DNA of 54,406 bases from a virus (taxonomy: Duplodnaviria > Caudoviricetes), in the IMG/VR virus record IMGVR_UViG_3300010373_001372, positions 1-54,406 of that record; one strand, 5' to 3'. The notes below the pieces were generated by a model, which was not told where the DNA came from, made no database searches, and was given only the letters and a program-made list of their open reading frames with translations. How positions within the stretch are numbered: position 1 is the first letter of the stretch; every line of letters starts with the position of its first letter. A program made the translations under genes and the position numbers. Of the stretch, positions 8,233 to 16,559 are shown piece after piece.

Positions 8233-8487
8233 ATGAACCTCATCGGTCGCCTCATCGCCGTGTCGGATGCCTTCGCTGAGAAGGCCGGTTTCAGCCGCGC
8301 CCAGCAGAGCTACCAGATTTTCCGCGACCAGCGTCGCCTTGAGCGCGCCTTTGCCGGCGAAGTCGACCTCCGTCTCCAGTCCTACGAGCGCGCCATGGCG
8401 TGGTTCTCGATGAATTGGCCGAAGGACGCGGTGTGGCCGGAAGGCGTCGAGCGGCCGGAGCCGAGCGTCGAGGTCGCCAATGCGTGA
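8233..8487 (+). CDS. Cro-like regulator
   Basis: 84 aa divergent from cI; WFS.NWP..AVWP..V.RP tail typical of alphaproteobacterial phage Cro-like proteins. Confidence 0.8.
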   Translation: MNLIGRLIAVSDAFAEKAGFSRAQQSYQIFRDQRRLERAFAGEVDLRLQSYERAMAWFSMNWPKDAVWPEGVERPEPSVEVANA

Positions 8488-8647
8488 CGATCGCGACTGC
8501 TTCGATCCGGATTTCGCGCGGTCCTGGGCCGCGACACATTCGCGTCGCGTGCCGCCGATGCCACTACGCATCCGGCTCACGCTCGCCGGCATAGCGACTG
8601 CAGGCATCGTCGCGATGATCGTTGGCGCCTTTCTGGTGAGAGGCTGA
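8480..8647 (+). CDS. Small single-TM phage protein
   Basis: 55 aa MRDDRDCFDPDF...LAGIATAGIVAMIVGAFLVRG; GAGG RBS; below the ORF-track cutoff. Confidence 0.55.
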   Translation: MRDDRDCFDPDFARSWAATHSRRVPPMPLRIRLTLAGIATAGIVAMIVGAFLVRG

Positions 8648-8911
8648 CATGGCGCGCTCACTTCGCATTTCCCTTTCCGGTTCGGCGCGCCCGATCAGCA
8701 GCGCCGGGGCCGGACTGTCCGCGCGCCGCTCCCTCCTCCCTGGCGAGCGCGCGGGCAGCCCTTTTTCTGGCGGCGACGAGCGCGGCATTGGCATCGATCA
8801 GGGTTTCGCTCGGCTGGTAGGGCAGGGGCTTTTCCATGCCCCAAAGATCGCCTCACCGGGCTCGACTTTCATGTGTTCGGCGACCACTCGTTTGCCACAT
8901 GAGGCTGCGCC

Positions 8912-9388
8912 ATGCTGACCGATGCGCAGCGGTTGGGCATCCGCATTGTCTGCGGCGATTTCTATGAGGCGGTGCGCAAGCATTGCGTCGAAGTGTCGAG
9001 CCGCATCCGGCGCGGCGGATCGTTCCGCGACTATCCCAAGCCCGAACTAGACAACCGCTTCATCCCGTTCGACGTGGCGATTGAGGCTGACCAATTCCTG
9101 ATCGCTCGCAATGCTGAGCCGATGTTCGTGCCAATGGCGGCGCGGCTGATCGGCAAGGTTCTGGTCGATGCGCCGCGCTCGCCCGATCCGCGGCAGCGCC
9201 GCGCCGACTACTGCGACATGGCCCGCGAGACGGGTGAAGCGCTCGCCGCCGTTGGCGTCATCGTCAGCCGGTCGAAGCGCAAGGAAAGCGAGACGCGGCG
9301 GGCCATCGCTGAAATCGACCAGGCGGTACAAGCGGCGCTCGAAATGCGCGCCGTGCTCGAGGCTGAGCTGGAGACGCCAGATGCTTGA
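8912..9388 (+). CDS. CII-like phage regulatory protein
   Basis: Position after cro; FIPFDVAIEAD..ARETGEALAA..AIAEIDQA pattern. Confidence 0.55.
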   Translation: MLTDAQRLGIRIVCGDFYEAVRKHCVEVSSRIRRGGSFRDYPKPELDNRFIPFDVAIEADQFLIARNAEPMFVPMAARLIGKVLVDAPRSPDPRQRRADYCDMARETGEALAAVGVIVSRSKRKESETRRAIAEIDQAVQAALEMRAVLEAELETPDA

Positions 9389-10892
9389 GTTTCATCCCCT
9401 CGCAAATCTGTTTCCGCTGATCGAAGGAATGGACTTCGATCGGCTGGTGGAGGATGTCCGGGCCAACGGGCTGCTCGACAAGATCGTCATACTCGACGGT
9501 AAAATCCTCGACGGCCGCAATCGCTATCGCGCGGCAATCGAGGCCGGCGTTCTCAAACGTATCGGGCAGTCCGAACCCGCGCACTTTCGGCATTTCAACC
9601 TCGAAGCTGAGGGCGATCCTCTCATATGGGTGCTCAGCAAGAACCTGCACCGCCGTCATCTGAACGACGGGCAACGCGCTGCCGTTGCCGCCGAGATCGA
9701 GGGATATAGGCACGGCGGCAAGCGCGGCGGGCAAGATGCAAATGTGCAGCTTGATCGGCAGGCGGCGTCCGACCTGATGAGTATCTCGCCGCGCTCAACG
9801 GCGACGGCCGCTAAGGTCAAGCGCGACGGGACGCCAGAGCTGTTCGCGAAAGTGAAGAGCGGCGAGCTCGCGCCATCCGTCGCGGTCAAGCTGCTGACCC
9901 TGTCGCCGGCGCAGCAGCTTGAAACGCTGCGCACCATCGAGCCGCGCAAGCTCAAGACGGTGGCGAAGCAGGTTGCTCGCGGCGAGACCGAGCGGCGGCT
10001 CGGCGAGAAACAACGGGCACTGCCGACCGAACTGTTCGGCCTGATCTATGCCGACCCGGCGACGCGCTTTGAGCCATACAGCCGCGAAACCGGCATGGAC
10101 CGGGCAGCCGACAATCACTACCCGACGCAGACGATCGAAGAGATTATGGCGCTGCCGGTGGGCACGCTGGCCGCGCCCGATACGGTGCTCGCCTGCTGGT
10201 CGACCGTGCCGATGCTCTGCGAGACGCTGCGCGCCATCCGGTTCTGGGGGTTCGAGTACAAGTCGCACTACGTCTGGGACAAGGTGCATATTGCGCCTGG
10301 CTACTGGAACCGTAACCGGCACGAAATCCTGATCATCGCGACGCGCGGCAAGCCGCCGGCGCCGGCGCCCGGCACGCAGTGGGATTCCATCATCGTCGAG
10401 CAGGCGCGCGAACACTCGCGCAAGCCAGACAAAGCCTACGAAATGCTGGAGGAATACTACCCGACCCTGCCGAAGATCGAGCTGAACGCTCGCATGGCGC
10501 GGCCGGGCTGGAAGCGCTGGGGCAATGAGGCTCCGCCCGAACAGTCCGGGATAGATGCCGATATCGAAGAGCAGGAGCTTATCGAGGTCAAAAAGGTCGG
10601 CATCGGCGCTCACGAAATCACCGACATATCAGTGAACGAAATTGCGGCCGGGCTGCGAACCGGGCCGCAGACCCCGCCGGAGGTTCCTCCAAAGGCCTCC
10701 GGCGGGGTCGATATCAACGGCATCATCCGCAAGGGCTATGCCAGCAACACACCGCTGATCGAGCTGGTGCGGATCACCGGCCTGCCGACTGAGAACGCCG
10801 TCAAGCAGCGCGCCAAGCGGATGGGGCTTGGTGACAAAGAGCGCCAGCGAGCCGCTGTTAGCGCAGCTAACGCGCGGCGGGCAGGTGCGTGA
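9381..10892 (+). CDS. ParB-like domain + HTH + MT-A70 adenine methyltransferase fusion
   Basis: HPLANLFP, ILDGRNRYRA (ParB GxxRxxA), NLHRRHL; then IYADP, HYPT, HSRKP, WGNE (MT-A70); start after GGAG RBS. Confidence 0.88.
   Translation: MLEFHPLANLFPLIEGMDFDRLVEDVRANGLLDKIVILDGKILDGRNRYRAAIEAGVLKRIGQSEPAHFRHFNLEAEGDPLIWVLSKNLHRRHLNDGQRAAVAAEIEGYRHGGKRGGQDANVQLDRQAASDLMSISPRSTATAAKVKRDGTPELFAKVKSGELAPSVAVKLLTLSPAQQLETLRTIEPRKLKTVAKQVARGETERRLGEKQRALPTELFGLIYADPATRFEPYSRETGMDRAADNHYPTQTIEEIMALPVGTLAAPDTVLACWSTVPMLCETLRAIRFWGFEYKSHYVWDKVHIAPGYWNRNRHEILIIATRGKPPAPAPGTQWDSIIVEQAREHSRKPDKAYEMLEEYYPTLPKIELNARMARPGWKRWGNEAPPEQSGIDADIEEQELIEVKKVGIGAHEITDISVNEIAAGLRTGPQTPPEVPPKASGGVDINGIIRKGYASNTPLIELVRITGLPTENAVKQRAKRMGLGDKERQRAAVSAANARRAGA
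9732..9753. repeat. Palindrome copy 1 (CAAGATGCAAATGTGCAGCTTG)
   Basis: One mismatch to CAANNTGCAAATTTGCANNTTG; 9730-9753 is 22/24 identical to 29214-29237. Confidence 0.7.
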
Positions 10893-11215
10893 TGGCGACC
10901 TGGCGCGAAGTGGCATCGCTCAACGAGGCGCATCCCGAATGGACGGCGCAGATGATCGCCGTCGAGCTCGAATGCGACCCCGCCTACATACGGGCCACCG
11001 GCCGCCGCAAGAAGCTGAAGTTCGCCAAGGCGCGCTACGGCTGCTCGGTCGATCTCGAATTCATCCGCCGCGAGGTCCGCGCGGCCGTCGATGATCTCGG
11101 CGAACTCGATCGCGCCCTCGTCAAAGGTGAATCCATCAACGGCATGCGTCGCCGCATCGCCGAGGTCCGCGCGCTGCTCGATCAGGCGGCCAAGCCGCGG
11201 GAGCGGTTCAATTGA
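10889..11215 (+). CDS. Hypothetical HTH-like protein
   Basis: HPEWTAQMIAVELECDPAYIRAT; coupled on both sides. Confidence 0.65.
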   Translation: MMATWREVASLNEAHPEWTAQMIAVELECDPAYIRATGRRKKLKFAKARYGCSVDLEFIRREVRAAVDDLGELDRALVKGESINGMRRRIAEVRALLDQAAKPRERFN

Positions 11216-11598
11216 CCGGCCGGCGCGAGGCCATCCGCCAGAAGATCATGGCGCGCGTCGAGATCGTGCCGGCGCCGGAGTGGCTGCCGCCTGAGCTGGG
11301 TCCCTGCCACATCTGGACCGGCCCAACCTCCGGCGAGGGTCGCGGCGGCGATTATGGACGCATGTCCCTCGACGGGCAGACGGTCGCGGTGCACCTCGTC
11401 AGCTGGACGAATGAACACGGCTTCGTGCCGGGCAAGAAACAGCTCGATCACCTCTGCCGCCGGCGTCGGTGTGTGAACGATCTTCACCTCGAACTGGTGA
11501 CCCATAAGCAAAACCAGAAGCGCCGGGACCTCGCCCGTCAAACGGGGGGGGGGCGCCTTCGGCTGCGACTTCGGACCTGTCGGAGGCGGACTAGATGA
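11212..11598 (+). CDS. HNH endonuclease (HNH_3-like)
   Basis: CHIWTG, YGR, LDHLCRRRRCVNDLHLELVTHKQN. Confidence 0.85.
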   Translation: MTGRREAIRQKIMARVEIVPAPEWLPPELGPCHIWTGPTSGEGRGGDYGRMSLDGQTVAVHLVSWTNEHGFVPGKKQLDHLCRRRRCVNDLHLELVTHKQNQKRRDLARQTGGGRLRLRLRTCRRRTR

Positions 11599-11768
11599 CC
11601 GCGCTCCAGACCAAGGCGGCAATCGTGATGTTTGAGAGCGGCCATTTCGACACGGCCGATATCGCCGCGCTGCTCGGCGTCGCCGAAGCCGTCGTCGCCC
11701 GCACGCTGCAGGCGAGCCGCGACGTCGTGCGCGAAATGCACCGCGAGCTGATCGAGGCGGTGCGGTGA
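11595..11768 (+). CDS. Small HTH-like protein
   Basis: 57 aa with DTADIAALLGVAEAVV; GGAGG RBS; 4-nt overlaps on both sides. Confidence 0.65.
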   Translation: MTALQTKAAIVMFESGHFDTADIAALLGVAEAVVARTLQASRDVVREMHRELIEAVR

Positions 11769-12997
11769 ATGTGGCTCTACATCCCGAACACGTCGACCTC
11801 ATCAGCCTCTGCACAGGGGGGGGTGGACTCGATCTCGGGCTCGAACTCGCTCTGCCAGCGGTTCGAAGCGTCGTTATGGTGGAGAGGGAAGCCTTCGCCG
11901 TCTCGCACCTGGTCCACGCGATTGAGCAAGGTCTCCTGGCTCCAGCAGCTATCTGGTCGGATGCCCGATCCTTCGACGGCCGCCCATGGCGCGGCATCGT
12001 GGATGGCCTCATTGGCGGCATCCCGTGCCAGCCTCACTCAATGGCCGGCCGCAAGCGCGGATCGTTCGATGCCCGCGATCTCTGGTCAACCGCAAGACGC
12101 ATCATCGTCCAAGCCCGGCCGTGGGTTGTCGTCATCGAAAATGTCGCCGGGATGCTTGCGGCGGGGGCTGACGAAATCGCTGGCGCCGAGCGCGTCATTC
12201 GAGACCTACGCCGACTTGGTTTCGCGGTTGAGGCTGGACTGTTCACTGCGGCGGAAGTCCGTGCAAGCCACCAACGCGAACGCCTCTTCATCGTCGCTGT
12301 GGCTGACTCCAGATGTGCCCAATGGTGGTCGTGGGTTGGCCGAAGGGACAACGCTGACGGGTCATCGACCGGATGGCAGAAAGGCTCAGGTCGGCCTGCA
12401 GAATCAAGCGAAGATTTGGCCCACCCCTACAGCGAACGACTGGAAAGGATCGGGTCCCACGCTGGAGAGAGCGGACGGACAGATGCGGGGCGATCGGCTG
12501 GATTACGCCACCGAGCAACTCTGGTCGACGCCAACAGCCCACGACGGGAGACGCCCGGGCCCGGACCTGCACTCGACGCAGGGCAACAACCTGAGCCGGG
12601 ACGCAGCTCTCTGGAACACGCCGCGCGCGACGGATGGCGAGAAGATGGGCGGCCGGAGCAAGCTCAGGATCGAGCAGGGGAAGCCAGCAGAAACGCTGAC
12701 CGAGCAGAGCAAGGAATTTTCCCTCCCGGACCTGGCGATATCGACGGTTGGCGACGGGTCCTTGCACATTCGCCGGACCTTGAACCCGCTGTTCGTCGAA
12801 TGGCTGATGGGGTGGCCGCCAGGCTGGACCTCAGTGGGCCTCACGCCGCCCGCGTCGACCGTCTCCGCCTGCTCGGCAACGGCGTTGTCTGCCTGGAAGC
12901 AGCGCATGCGTTCCGCACTCTTGTCGCTCGGCTCGCCGATAAAGGCTCCGCCGGCGCAGCTTTCCTTCGTGATCTGATGGTGGCTGGCGATGAATAA
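11765..12997 (+). CDS. C5-cytosine DNA methyltransferase, alpha polypeptide
   Basis: Motif I LCTGGGG, IV GGIPCQ, VI ENV, VIII QRERLF, X RLRLLGNGVV; no motif IX in this frame. Confidence 0.9.
   Translation: MNVALHPEHVDLISLCTGGGGLDLGLELALPAVRSVVMVEREAFAVSHLVHAIEQGLLAPAAIWSDARSFDGRPWRGIVDGLIGGIPCQPHSMAGRKRGSFDARDLWSTARRIIVQARPWVVVIENVAGMLAAGADEIAGAERVIRDLRRLGFAVEAGLFTAAEVRASHQRERLFIVAVADSRCAQWWSWVGRRDNADGSSTGWQKGSGRPAESSEDLAHPYSERLERIGSHAGESGRTDAGRSAGLRHRATLVDANSPRRETPGPGPALDAGQQPEPGRSSLEHAARDGWREDGRPEQAQDRAGEASRNADRAEQGIFPPGPGDIDGWRRVLAHSPDLEPAVRRMADGVAARLDLSGPHAARVDRLRLLGNGVVCLEAAHAFRTLVARLADKGSAGAAFLRDLMVAGDE
11769..12977 (+). CDS. Overlapping-frame C5 methyltransferase beta polypeptide (TRD-like repeats plus motif IX)
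   Basis: 402 open codons in the +1 frame; WLTP/WPTP/WSTP/WNTP repeats; RTLNPLFVEWLMGWPPGWT. Confidence 0.75.
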   Translation: MWLYIPNTSTSSASAQGGVDSISGSNSLCQRFEASLWWRGKPSPSRTWSTRLSKVSWLQQLSGRMPDPSTAAHGAASWMASLAASRASLTQWPAASADRSMPAISGQPQDASSSKPGRGLSSSKMSPGCLRRGLTKSLAPSASFETYADLVSRLRLDCSLRRKSVQATNANASSSSLWLTPDVPNGGRGLAEGTTLTGHRPDGRKAQVGLQNQAKIWPTPTANDWKGSGPTLERADGQMRGDRLDYATEQLWSTPTAHDGRRPGPDLHSTQGNNLSRDAALWNTPRATDGEKMGGRSKLRIEQGKPAETLTEQSKEFSLPDLAISTVGDGSLHIRRTLNPLFVEWLMGWPPGWTSVGLTPPASTVSACSATALSAWKQRMRSALLSLGSPIKAPPAQLSFVI

Positions 12998-13224
12998 GCC
13001 GCTGCCCAAGCCTCCCGAGGCAGAGATCGTGGCCATGGCGGTGTTCGAGCCGGCCGGCACGCATTACCTCGAAGTGGCGATCGCCGGCACGCCGGTCGAC
13101 GTCCTCTACACCCGCGACCAGGTCGAGCAGCTGGAAGAGAAAGATCGCGGCGTTCAAGCGCGCCTCGATCATGGAAGACGTGCGGCCGGTCGAGCGCCTC
13201 AGGCGCCACAAGGAGCCGCTATGA
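12990..13224 (+). pseudogene. Small phage gene with apparent 1-nt insertion fusing it to the next gene
   Basis: Removing one A at 13140-13142 gives a GC3-rich tail ending in TGA that overlaps ATG 13221. Confidence 0.55.
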
Positions 13225-15770
13225 ACGCGCCATTCGCCCGGCCGGCGATCGCGCCTTCGGCGAGCTACAGGACGTTCCTTGAGCGCAAGGTGCGGATGGC
13301 CAGCGAGAACGGCTTTGCCATCGATCCTGACGAGGTCAACCCGATCCTCAAGCCACATCAGCGAGACCTGGTGGTGTGGGGCGTGCGCGGCGGCCAGCGG
13401 GCGATCTTTGCGGCCTTCGGCCTCGGCAAGTCGGTCATCCAGCTCGAAATCCTCAGGCTGATCCGTAAGCATTCCGGCAAGCCTGTGCTGATCATCGCCC
13501 CGCTCGGCGTGCGGCAGGAGTTCCGCCGCGACGGCCTGATGCTCAGCATCGAAGTCCGCTTCATCCGCTCCGCCAGCGAGATCGAGCAGGCGTTCGAAGG
13601 CATCTACATCACGAACTATGAGACGGTCCGCGACGGCAAGCTCGACCCGAACCTGTTCGGCGGCGTCAGCCTCGACGAGGCAAGTGTGCTCAGATCGTTC
13701 GGGTCGAAGACCTATCAGACGTTTCTCTCGCTTTTCGTCACGGTGCGTTACCGGTTCGTTGCCACGGCAACGCCCTCGCCGAACCGTTTCAAGGAACTCA
13801 TCCACTATGCCGGCTTCCTCGGCATCATGGATACCGGGCAGGCGCTGACGCGGTTTTTCCAGCGGGACTCGACGCAGGCCAACAACCTCACGCTCTATCC
13901 TCACAAGGAACGCGAATTCTGGCTGTGGCTCAACAGCTGGGCCATCTTCCTGCAGCGGCCGTCCGACCTCGGCTATTCCGATGAGGGCTATGAGCTGCCG
14001 CCGCTGAACGTGATCTATCACGAGGTGCAGACGGACCTTGCCGATGGCGGCGAGGATCGGGACGGGCAGATGAAGCTGATGCGCGATGCGGCGATCGGCC
14101 TCAAGGATGCGGCCAAGGAAAAGCGCGACACGCTGCCGGCCCGGATCGCGGCGATGCAAACAATCCTCGACAGCACGCCAGCCGATCATTTCATCATCTG
14201 GCACGATCTCGAGGATGAGCGCCGCGCGATCGAGCGCGCTGTGCCAGGCGTCGTCTCGGTCTACGGCTCGCAGGACCTCGAGGCGCGCGAACAGGCGATC
14301 GTCGATTTCTCGGATGGAAAATTCCGGCTGCTCGCCGCCAAGCCGGTGATCGCCGGCAGCGGCTGCAACTTCCAGCGTCATTGCCACAAGGCGATATTTC
14401 TCGGCATCGGCTTCAAGTTCAACGACTTCATCCAGGCGGTGCATCGCATCCAGCGGTTCCTGCAGGGCTTTCCGGTCGAAATCCACATCATCCATGCCGA
14501 GACCGAGCGCGAGGTTTTGCGCACGCTGCAGGACAAGTGGGCGCAGCACAACCAGATGGTGGAGACCATGGCAGAGATTATCCGCGAACACGGGTTGGCC
14601 ACGCTGAGCATGTCGGACGTGCTGACCCGGTCGATCGGTACGGCGCGCGTCGAGGCGAGCGGGGCCGGTTGGCTGGTCGCCAACAACGATTGCGTCGAGG
14701 AAGCCAAGCTCATCGAGAGCGACAGCATCGACGAGATCGTCACCTCGATCCCGTTCTCGAACCACTACGAGTATACGCCGAGCTATAACGACTTTGGGCA
14801 CACCGATGGCGATGAGCACTTCTTCGCCCAGATGGACTACCTGACGCCTGAACTCTACCGGATCCTCAAGCCCGGCCGGTTGGCCTGCATCCACGTCAAG
14901 GATCGCATCCTATTCGGCTCGGTTACCGGCATGGGCACGCCGACCGTCAACCCGTTCCACGCCAAGACGCTGTTCCACTACCAGTCACACGGCTTCGCCT
15001 TCATGGGCATGATCCAGGTGCAGACGGACGTGGTCAGGGAGAACAACCAGACCTACCGCCTCGGCTACACCGAAATGCTCAAGGACGGCAGCAAGATGGG
15101 TGTCGGCAGCCCTGAGTATGTGCTGCTGATGCGGAAGCTTCCGACCGATCGCGGCAAGTCCTATGCCGACGATCGGGTCGAGAAGCTGCCATCCGAATAT
15201 TCGCTGGCCCGCTGGCAGGTGGACGCGCATTCGTTCTGGCGCTCGTCAGGCGATCGCCACCTGTCGGTCGACGAGTTGGCGCAACTGCGGCCCGAGGTGC
15301 TGAGCCGGCTCTTCACCGAGCAGACGCTGCGGCAGGTCTACGATTTCAAGACGCATGTCGCGGTTGGCGATGCGCTTTCCGAGCGTGGCGCGCTGCCCAA
15401 GACCTTCATGGCGCTCGCGCCGGGCAGCAACCGCGACGATCTCTGGCACGACGTCAACCGCATGCTGACGCTCAACGGCGACCAGGCGCAGCAGAACCTC
15501 GAAAAGCACGTCTGCCCATTGCAGTTCGACATTGTCGACCGGCTGATCGAGCGGTTTTCCAACAAGGGCGACCTGATCTTCGATCCGTTCGGCGGGCTGT
15601 TCACGGTGCCGGTGCGGGCGATGAAGGCCGGCCGTCGCGGCCGGGCAGCAGAACTCAACCCCGGCTATTTCGCCGATGGCGTCAAATACTGCGTCGCGAC
15701 CGAACAGGAAGTCTCGATGCCGACCCTGTTCGACCTGATGGGCGTCGAGGATGGGGAGAAACTGACGTGA
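13221..15770 (+). CDS. SNF2-like helicase fused to N4/N6 DNA methyltransferase
   Basis: FGLGKS, LDEAS, TATP, RIQRF helicase motifs; TSIPF, HVCPLQ, DPFGG MTase motifs; AGGAG RBS before 13221. Confidence 0.88.
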   Translation: MNAPFARPAIAPSASYRTFLERKVRMASENGFAIDPDEVNPILKPHQRDLVVWGVRGGQRAIFAAFGLGKSVIQLEILRLIRKHSGKPVLIIAPLGVRQEFRRDGLMLSIEVRFIRSASEIEQAFEGIYITNYETVRDGKLDPNLFGGVSLDEASVLRSFGSKTYQTFLSLFVTVRYRFVATATPSPNRFKELIHYAGFLGIMDTGQALTRFFQRDSTQANNLTLYPHKEREFWLWLNSWAIFLQRPSDLGYSDEGYELPPLNVIYHEVQTDLADGGEDRDGQMKLMRDAAIGLKDAAKEKRDTLPARIAAMQTILDSTPADHFIIWHDLEDERRAIERAVPGVVSVYGSQDLEAREQAIVDFSDGKFRLLAAKPVIAGSGCNFQRHCHKAIFLGIGFKFNDFIQAVHRIQRFLQGFPVEIHIIHAETEREVLRTLQDKWAQHNQMVETMAEIIREHGLATLSMSDVLTRSIGTARVEASGAGWLVANNDCVEEAKLIESDSIDEIVTSIPFSNHYEYTPSYNDFGHTDGDEHFFAQMDYLTPELYRILKPGRLACIHVKDRILFGSVTGMGTPTVNPFHAKTLFHYQSHGFAFMGMIQVQTDVVRENNQTYRLGYTEMLKDGSKMGVGSPEYVLLMRKLPTDRGKSYADDRVEKLPSEYSLARWQVDAHSFWRSSGDRHLSVDELAQLRPEVLSRLFTEQTLRQVYDFKTHVAVGDALSERGALPKTFMALAPGSNRDDLWHDVNRMLTLNGDQAQQNLEKHVCPLQFDIVDRLIERFSNKGDLIFDPFGGLFTVPVRAMKAGRRGRAAELNPGYFADGVKYCVATEQEVSMPTLFDLMGVEDGEKLT

Positions 15771-15985
15771 GCATTGTCATCAAACCCCGCGGCAAAGGCC
15801 TGTCAGAGGCTCAGGATGCGTTTCTAGCGCTTCTCTCCACCGGTCCAAAACGGCAGGCAGATACGCCGGGCGCGCCCTTTATGAAGGACGATATCTATCA
15901 TTGTTCGTGGAGCATCCCGGCCTCGCTCGAGCGCCGCCACCTAATTCGAAAACGGCCAGATGGCCGCTGGGAGTTGGCGCAATGA
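15767..15985 (+). CDS. Hypothetical protein
   Basis: 72 aa, 4-nt overlaps on both sides. Confidence 0.6.
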   Translation: MSIVIKPRGKGLSEAQDAFLALLSTGPKRQADTPGAPFMKDDIYHCSWSIPASLERRHLIRKRPDGRWELAQ

Positions 15986-16353
15986 GCCGCGAGCGCCTGC
16001 CCGACCGTCGCGCGGCCGAAGCGATCGAGATCGAGCACGTCTGGCGTGGCCCGCACGGCGACGTCGAGGAGACGATGCTGATCACTGTCGGCCGCTATGA
16101 CGACGGCCGGGTCGCCGAGGTCTTCATCGACTATCCGCCGCGCGAAGGCGAGCGCAAGAAGAGCGACCGCACCCGCGACCTCGGTCACGACATCGCGGTG
16201 CTGATCTCGATCGCGCTGCAGCACGGCGCGCCGCTCGACGTGCTGCGCGACGCGGTCGGCCGTAGCGACCTCAACCTGATGGGCACGGTCAAGCTCGTGC
16301 CACACACCATCGTCGGCACGGTGCTAGACGCCCTGGAGGCGGAGGCGAAATGA
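15982..16353 (+). CDS. Stand-alone TSCPD/NrdJ C-terminal-like domain protein
   Basis: MSRERLPDRR, ITVGRYDDGRVAEVFI, ISIALQHGAPL. Confidence 0.7.
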   Translation: MSRERLPDRRAAEAIEIEHVWRGPHGDVEETMLITVGRYDDGRVAEVFIDYPPREGERKKSDRTRDLGHDIAVLISIALQHGAPLDVLRDAVGRSDLNLMGTVKLVPHTIVGTVLDALEAEAK

Positions 16354-16559
16354 CACCGTCAGAGGCCATCGAGTTCCTTGAAAAGGAAGCTGTCAACTGC
16401 GAGACGGCCGCCAAGCGTTTTACCTATTTGGGCAACCCGGTACGCCCGGAAACGCTATCGATTGCGCAACATAGCGCGGCAACGCGAACCTTCTGGCATC
16501 AAAAGGCCGAGCGCCTTCGGGCAATCCAGTCGCTGATCGTTCACGGCGTTATCCGATGA
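16350..16559 (+). CDS. Hypothetical protein
   Basis: 69 aa, GGAGG RBS, ATGA overlaps. Confidence 0.6.
   Translation: MTPSEAIEFLEKEAVNCETAAKRFTYLGNPVRPETLSIAQHSAATRTFWHQKAERLRAIQSLIVHGVIR

Noticed and set aside
8649-8918. 89-aa ORF between cro and the CII-like gene
   Set aside because: No recognisable motif and low-complexity composition; cannot support it as coding
12831-14894. 687-aa antisense ORF
   Set aside because: Shadow frame of the helicase gene caused by high-GC codon bias; no motifs
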